Shown here one piece after another: positions 58,586 to 64,000 of a DNA stretch of 64,000 nucleotides. The notes below the pieces were generated by a model. That model made no database searches. It was not told the origin of the DNA and saw only the letters and a list, made by a program, of their open reading frames with translations. Each line of letters starts with the position of its first letter. Positions within the stretch are counted from its first letter, which is position 1. Made by a program: the position numbers and the translations under genes. Origin of the DNA: Candidatus Aenigmatarchaeota archaeon (GTDB lineage Archaea > Aenigmatarchaeota > Aenigmatarchaeia > QMZP01); contig JBDRSV010000015.1 in the NCBI GenBank assembly GCA_043824495.1, forward strand, positions 1 through 64,000, given 5' to 3'.

Positions 58586-60070
58586 ATGAATATGGACAAA
58601 TTCGAGCCTTTGTATACAGCTAGATCAACCTCAAGTAACAAAATGCTTCTAGGAACACACAAAAATATAGGAATTGTTACTCTGTGGACCAAGGTAGCTG
58701 ATGTAGCAAAGAAAGTTGACCCATCAAAATATGCTATAATGGGCCAATTCTTCTCAGCTGAGCGAGGCTTAGATTTAATTGTTAGAAACCTTCTTGCAAA
58801 TCCTGATATCACAAATCTAGTAATTACAGGAACAGATTTCTCTAATTCAGGTCAAGTCATGAAAGACTTCTTTGAAAATGGTTTCGTAGAAGGGAAGACA
58901 GATCTAACAGAAAAAACTGTTTGGAGAGTTAAGAGTGAATATCCTGGATATATAGAAAAGGATATACCTGAAATAGTGTTGAATCATATAAGAGATACAA
59001 TTGTTGTCACAAGAATAGATGACATGACTAATTTTGACCCTGAGAAGCTAGAAAAACCAGATAAGAAAAGAGAGAAGCAAATCTTCCTAAAGAAAGAAGA
59101 ACTAGAAGAAAATACATTCGTAGGTGAAGATGTTGGTTATGTTGTAAGAGGAAAGAGGGTCGCAGATACATGGTTAAAAACATTAGATACTATCATGAAA
59201 TTTGGTCATAAAGACGAGAAGGACAAAAAAGAAGTGATTGACTTAATTTCTATAATCTCAGAAGAAGATCCTGAGGATTTTCATATTCCTGAATATCTCC
59301 CACTAAATAGGAAACAGGTAACGGATTATATACCACAAATAACAGAAAATGAGAGGATAAGAAGTAAATTCGGAAAGGATCAGATAAAAGAAGTTGTGGA
59401 TAAGCTGACAAAAGACACAACATCAAAATCAGCTGTAATCAGCTTGTGGGATGTTGCTGATTCAGATGGTCCTGGAATAAATCATATTTGGCTAAGAATA
59501 AGAGACAATAAACTCTACATGACAGCAACCATAAGAAGTTCTGACATGTTTGAAGAATATCCGGGTAATGCTTTTGCTCTACGTGCTTTACAGAATATCA
59601 TAAGAAAAGAAATTCAAGAAAAAATAAGTAAAGAAATACAACTAGGAGAACTTGTAATAAACTCACAGTCTGCACATATCTACAAAGATTGCTGGCAAGC
59701 TTCTCAAGATTTGACTATAAGATATCTACCAAGACATATAGCAGGTCAATCAAATGCAGCTCTTTACCAGGATCCTAGGGGAAGTTTCATAGTTAAAATA
59801 AAAGATGGAGAACTACACGTAGATCACCTATCAACAGGAAATGAATTAATAGGACAATACAAAGCTAAAACACCAGGAAAGCTTATAGAAAGACTAGCTC
59901 AAGCTGGTGTATTCTCTATTCCAGGGCATGCTCTAGATATAGGACATGAAATTGCAAAAGCAGAAATAGCTATGCAGTTAGGTATAGATTTTGTCCAAGA
60001 AGTTCCTCTCGATCTCACACAAATAAATGAAAAAACATTAGAAAGAGTGAGAGACAAAAAAGACATTTAA
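58586..60070 (+). CDS. MtrA-like / thymidylate-synthase-like / DUF4346 fusion protein
   Basis: 'IGIVTLWT..RNLLANP' (MtrA-like); 'IRDNKLYMTATIRSSDM...N' (ThyA-like); 'DPRGSF...HALDIGHEIAKAE' (DUF4346-like). Confidence 0.8.
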   Translation: MNMDKFEPLYTARSTSSNKMLLGTHKNIGIVTLWTKVADVAKKVDPSKYAIMGQFFSAERGLDLIVRNLLANPDITNLVITGTDFSNSGQVMKDFFENGFVEGKTDLTEKTVWRVKSEYPGYIEKDIPEIVLNHIRDTIVVTRIDDMTNFDPEKLEKPDKKREKQIFLKKEELEENTFVGEDVGYVVRGKRVADTWLKTLDTIMKFGHKDEKDKKEVIDLISIISEEDPEDFHIPEYLPLNRKQVTDYIPQITENERIRSKFGKDQIKEVVDKLTKDTTSKSAVISLWDVADSDGPGINHIWLRIRDNKLYMTATIRSSDMFEEYPGNAFALRALQNIIRKEIQEKISKEIQLGELVINSQSAHIYKDCWQASQDLTIRYLPRHIAGQSNAALYQDPRGSFIVKIKDGELHVDHLSTGNELIGQYKAKTPGKLIERLAQAGVFSIPGHALDIGHEIAKAEIAMQLGIDFVQEVPLDLTQINEKTLERVRDKKDI

Positions 60071-60095
60071 ATCTTAAATCAAAACGTCTTCTAAT

Positions 60096-60659
60096 ATGAT
60101 TTTACCTGACCACGAGATAAGAGAGTACATAAAACAAGGAAAAATAGTTGTTGATCCTTTAGAAAATCCAGATTTACAGATACAACCAGCTGGAGTTGAC
60201 TTAAGACTAGGAAATGAATTTAGAGTCTTCAAGACAGGTTCTATTCCTTTCATAGACACAAGAAAGAAGACAGAAAACTACACAGATATTGTGAAAATAG
60301 AGAATGACAGACCATTTATTGTTCATCCAGGAGAATTTATTCTAGGAACTGTGAAAGAATACATCAAGATATCAAATGATCTTGTAGGTTCTTTGGATGG
60401 AAGATCTAGCCTGGGAAGACTAGGAATAGCTGTTCATACAACATCTGCATCCATAAACCCAGGGTGGGAAGGTATTCTTGTTCTAGAGATATCAAATGTG
60501 GGTAGAATGCCTGTTGCTATTTACCCTGGCATGAGAATAGCCAAATTAACCTTCAATAAACTCTCTTCTCCTGCAGAAAGAGACTATAGTATGAGAGAAG
60601 GCACCAAATACCAGAAACAAGACGGCGTAACAGAGACTAAAGTCTACGAAGAGGAATAA
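60096..60659 (+). CDS. dcd: dCTP deaminase
   Basis: QPAGVDLRLG, GRSSLGRLG, PGWEG..VLE, PGMRIA. Confidence 0.95.
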   Translation: MILPDHEIREYIKQGKIVVDPLENPDLQIQPAGVDLRLGNEFRVFKTGSIPFIDTRKKTENYTDIVKIENDRPFIVHPGEFILGTVKEYIKISNDLVGSLDGRSSLGRLGIAVHTTSASINPGWEGILVLEISNVGRMPVAIYPGMRIAKLTFNKLSSPAERDYSMREGTKYQKQDGVTETKVYEEE

Positions 60660-60720
60660 TTATATATTTAAATACTCTAAATCAACTAATAGTTCATAAC
60701 GTAAACACTTAGGTGATTAT

Positions 60721-61242
60721 ATGGGAGGACTCAGACCAGCAAGATGTTATAGAAAATTGGAAAGACCTAATACTAGGACTAGCATGAGAAAACCTAGAAA
60801 AAGCTATGTAAAGGGTGTTCCAGATCCTAAAATTCACAGGTTTGAATCAGGAAACAGAACAAGAAAATTCACGAAAAAAATGTACTTAGCTGTGAATAAT
60901 GGAGTTCAAATAAGAAATAATGCTTTAGAAGCTATGAGAGTAGCTGCTAACAAAGTCTTAAATGAAGCTTTCGGAACAGAAAACTACTTCATGAAGATTC
61001 TTATTTATCCTCATCACGTAATGAGAGAAAACCCACTGGCTACAGGTGCTGGTGCAGACAGGTTCCAGACAGGCATGAGAAAATCATTTGGTAAGCCAAT
61101 AGGCTTAGCAGCAAGAGTAAAGCCTTCTCAGAATGTTCTTTTAGTAAAATACGACGATGTTACAAAAGAAACAGCAATTAAGAGAGCTTTGAAGCTTGCA
61201 AGCACTAAGTTGCCATCAAGCTGCAAAATAGTTGCTGGTTAA
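60721..61242 (+). CDS. rpl10e: Ribosomal protein L10e (uL16)
   Basis: RPARCYR, QIRNNALEA, YPHHVMREN, GMRKSFGKP. Confidence 0.97.
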   Translation: MGGLRPARCYRKLERPNTRTSMRKPRKSYVKGVPDPKIHRFESGNRTRKFTKKMYLAVNNGVQIRNNALEAMRVAANKVLNEAFGTENYFMKILIYPHHVMRENPLATGAGADRFQTGMRKSFGKPIGLAARVKPSQNVLLVKYDDVTKETAIKRALKLASTKLPSSCKIVAG

Positions 61243-61257
61243 ATCCCTCCCGGGGCG
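61237..61257 (+). mobile_element. tRNA 3'-end-like fragment, candidate attL of an integrated element
   Basis: GGTT-AAAT-CCCTC-CCGGGGC-G fits tRNA positions 57-73 (T-loop end, T-stem, acceptor strand, discriminator); no 5' tRNA half upstream. Confidence 0.55.
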
Positions 61258-61314
61258 TTATTCAATTTGAGCAAAAGCGTAGACTTATAAATACTCAGGG
61301 CAATTACTAATTAT

Positions 61315-62571
61315 ATGGCATCTTTCTCAGGTATTCACGACTACGACAAGAAGCTAATCAGTATCATGCAAAGGCTTGAAAATTCTTCAATTTCTAATAG
61401 AAACAAGAAACTGATAAAAGATTTTGATCGAGCTTGTATTCTAGAGAAGTTAACCGTTGCTAGAAGAGTTAAGTTGATCTCGACCCTTGTTCTGATTGGT
61501 GAAAGATACATAAAGAAAGACTTTGACAAAGCCAAGACTGAGGATATGAAAAAAGCTTATGTTAAAATAGAGAGCAACAAAGACTTCTCGGTATGGACAA
61601 AACACGACTATGCATCTGTTATGAAAAAATTCTGGAAATGGATAGCGTACGGTGATGATTATTTCATGGCATCCAAAAACGATGTTCCTGAAACAGTTCG
61701 TTGGATTAGAGTACACATAAAGAAAAAAGATCAGCCAAAGATAGAAGCTTCTGATATTCTCACAGAAGAAGAAGTTTTCACTCTTATAGAAGCTGCAGCT
61801 ACACCGAGAGATAAAGCTTTCATTTCTACACTATATGAGACGGGTGCAAGAATAAGCGAGATAGGGAACATGAAAATTGGAGATGTAACAAAACAAAAAT
61901 ATGGTTATCTTCTTGATGTAAAAGGAAAAACGGGTGCAAGAACACCCATAATAATAAATGCGGCTCCTTATCTTAGATCATGGATAAATATGCATCCGCT
62001 TAGAGATAATCCAAAGTCGGCTTTGTGGATAAATACGGATAAGGGAAAGAACAACGCACTGGGTTACAGCTCTCTTAGAACAATTGTAAACAGGCTCAAA
62101 GAGAAAGCTAAGATAAAGAAACGTATACATCCTCATCTTTTTCGTCATTCTCGAGTGACCCATGTCCTAGTTAGAGGATTATTAACATCATCTCAAGCAG
62201 AGATTTATTTCGGATGGGTTCCAGGAACAAGTATGTTGGAGCAATACAGTCATCTTGTAAGCAAGAACGCCAATGATGCTATGCTTGAATCTCTTGGATT
62301 GAAATCAAAAGAAGAATCAAAAATAACATCTCATAAATGTGCTTTTTGTGAGACCATAAATAACAATTCTGCAAGATTCTGTGAAAGCTGCGGAAACCCT
62401 CTAAACATAACATCAGCAGTTGAGCTGAGGGAAAGCCAAGATCTGGAGAAGCTGAAAGTGATAGGTGACATCCTTGATATCATGATCCAGAATGTAAACC
62501 AGACAAATAATATCACACCACAGAAGAAAAAGCAGTTGATAGAGGCTGTTGAGAAGATTAGAAGTAACTGA
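61315..62571 (+). CDS. Tyrosine recombinase/integrase with a C-terminal zinc ribbon
   Basis: YETGARISE (R), KGKTG (K), HPHLFRH, GW, QYSHL (Y); CxxC..CxxC. Confidence 0.93.
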   Translation: MASFSGIHDYDKKLISIMQRLENSSISNRNKKLIKDFDRACILEKLTVARRVKLISTLVLIGERYIKKDFDKAKTEDMKKAYVKIESNKDFSVWTKHDYASVMKKFWKWIAYGDDYFMASKNDVPETVRWIRVHIKKKDQPKIEASDILTEEEVFTLIEAAATPRDKAFISTLYETGARISEIGNMKIGDVTKQKYGYLLDVKGKTGARTPIIINAAPYLRSWINMHPLRDNPKSALWINTDKGKNNALGYSSLRTIVNRLKEKAKIKKRIHPHLFRHSRVTHVLVRGLLTSSQAEIYFGWVPGTSMLEQYSHLVSKNANDAMLESLGLKSKEESKITSHKCAFCETINNNSARFCESCGNPLNITSAVELRESQDLEKLKVIGDILDIMIQNVNQTNNITPQKKKQLIEAVEKIRSN

Positions 62572-62588
62572 TTGAAATGAAATCATCA

Positions 62589-63395
62589 TCAGATTTTATT
62601 TTTTTCATTCTTGTTCCATATACTTTTAAAAAATTTTATTGCCTCTCCGACGATGACAGGATTTTCTGAAAGTACTCCGGCTTCAAGATTATTGTGCATA
62701 CTATGAGTATCTAGATTGCCCGAACCTATAATAACTTTTGACTCGTCAATTATTATAATCCTTGCATGTATTGTTTTATCAAATTTTAAGTTTGCCCTAA
62801 AAGCATTTTTTAGATCACGAATTACATCTTCATGATATTTTTCATTGCCCTTTGGTCTGGTTATTATTCTAACAGTGCACACACCTTCCAGTGATAGAAC
62901 ATCCCTTGAAAAAATGTGGTCCCAAAATGCATTACAAATATAAAGAGATTTTTTTGCATTTTTTATTTGGCTTCTCACTTCTTTTTCGTAGATTTTATCG
63001 TCAGGAGTTGTTTTTAAGAAAGAACAAATATCCTTTTCATTCATAGCGTTCTTATAATTTTGTATTACATCATTCTGAGTCTTCTTTTCCTTTTCTAGTT
63101 TCTTTATTTTTTTCTTCATTTTGTCAATTATGTTTTCTTGTTCCCAGTTACTTTTTATTAGAAGAGCATCCCTTTTGGATCCAGGTGAACTAGAATGTCT
63201 CATAAACAAGAAGGCTGAAGTTGTCATAAGAAAAGCAAATGTAATTATAGACAATATTGCATAGAATGTCAAGTTGTTGTCAAAAAAGCTGAAGTTTGTA
63301 TAGCTCCTAAAAGATAAGGAAAGGAAAAAGAATATATAGACAACGATTATTAGAGGTATCAATCTTATTGTAGAATTTAAGGCATTCTCTTTCAT
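62589..63395 (-). CDS. Membrane-anchored PLD-superfamily (PLDc_2-like) protein
   Basis: Two TM helices, coiled coil, 'IHARIIIIDESKVIIGSGNL' (HxKxxxxD...GSxN with K to R). Confidence 0.8.
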   Translation of the reverse strand: MKENALNSTIRLIPLIIVVYIFFFLSLSFRSYTNFSFFDNNLTFYAILSIITFAFLMTTSAFLFMRHSSSPGSKRDALLIKSNWEQENIIDKMKKKIKKLEKEKKTQNDVIQNYKNAMNEKDICSFLKTTPDDKIYEKEVRSQIKNAKKSLYICNAFWDHIFSRDVLSLEGVCTVRIITRPKGNEKYHEDVIRDLKNAFRANLKFDKTIHARIIIIDESKVIIGSGNLDTHSMHNNLEAGVLSENPVIVGEAIKFFKSIWNKNEKNKI

Positions 63396-63545
63396 CTATT
63401 TCCCCCCATAACCTACAAGAAAGAGGATAAGACCTAGAGTAAAAATGATCGAGCCTAGAATGGCATCACCTAAAACTGCAATAAAGCCTAGCGTCAAGAA
63501 CATTCCAGAAATTGTCAGAATAGCAGAGTGTATTGCCCATTTCAT
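63396..63545 (-). CDS. Small two-TM membrane protein (49 aa, absent from the ORF track)
   Basis: MKWAIHSAILTISGMFLTLGFIAVLGDAILGSIIFTLGLILFLVGYGGK; its TAG abuts the next ATG. Confidence 0.6.
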   Translation of the reverse strand: MKWAIHSAILTISGMFLTLGFIAVLGDAILGSIIFTLGLILFLVGYGGK

Positions 63546-63708
63546 AATTATAAAAGTATATAATCCTTAAAAAGTTGTTTCTCTCACTCTTCTTATATTA
63601 TATATAAATCTAATGAAGAAATATCTCTTCTCTCTCTCATTTCTAATAGAGAGAGAAAAATAAAACAAAAGAAAGAAAGTTGTATGTACACTCAAGAGAG
63701 TGTGAGTA

Positions 63709-63948
63709 TTACTTCTTTCTTTTTATAATTCTCTTCTTTATTTCTATAAAATCTGCATCCTCAAAAACCTGTATATACCCCAATGCAGTTTTATAAGTCA
63801 CTCCGTACTGTCTTATTATTATTGAAATAACACTACGTAACTGTACCTCACTATCCTTTTCTGTCAACGATTCTAGGAGTTTTTCTACAAATTTTAATCT
63901 TTTTTTTCTCTCTTCTAAAAAAGGATTATCCTTTTCCATATTCTTCAC
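63709..63948 (-). CDS. Small basic winged-helix-like protein
   Basis: 'YGVTYKTALGYIQVFEDADFIEI' HTH-wing-like pattern. Confidence 0.55.
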   Translation of the reverse strand: MKNMEKDNPFLEERKKRLKFVEKLLESLTEKDSEVQLRSVISIIIRQYGVTYKTALGYIQVFEDADFIEIKKRIIKRKK

Positions 63949-64000
63949 CTCTTAATAAATCAATTATGCGGAGAACCTTCTCCCAATTCTCCTTAAATTG

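Noticed and set aside
61237-61257. Complete tRNA gene
   Set aside because: Only the 3' ~17 nt are present; upstream is rpl10e coding sequence.
159-63000. Numerous short antisense or alternate-frame ORFs in the track (e.g. 159-506, 6332-6682, 22787-23209, 30743-31183, 53039-53323)
   Set aside because: They lie within or opposite well-supported genes or the SRP RNA and have no independent coding signal.

Overview
AT-rich archaeal chromosome segment. Archaeal-type ribosomal proteins (L39e, L31e, L40e, S26e, S19e, L10e), Rpp21, PCNA, 7S SRP RNA and many very large sequon-rich secreted proteins point to a DPANN-type archaeon (inference; exact phylum not determinable here). Housekeeping genes: pyrG, ahcY, aspS, nth, tatD, mtnP, smc, dcd. 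Accessory parts: (i) a putative surface-filament operon at 1-4186; (ii) a type IV pilin-like cluster ending in a ~2250-aa mosaic adhesin with Notch/LNR-like, LRR and membrane-hairpin modules; (iii) a 1400-aa repeat surface protein; (iv) a free-standing LAGLIDADG gene; (v) a 42.4-51.3 kb locus with a full-length secreted HExxH metalloprotease followed by two truncated copies, all three followed by a divergent small membrane partner (polymorphic toxin/immunity-like layout), then a phage-tail-fibre-like secreted protein; (vi) the left edge of an integrated element, with a tyrosine recombinase and an orphan tRNA 3' fragment fused to the rpl10e stop codon. Other oddities are a symmetrically shortened SMC and an MtrA-ThyA-DUF4346 fusion lacking the catalytic Cys. 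No CRISPR array, rRNA or complete tRNA was seen. All family assignments come from motif recognition by eye; no searches were run.
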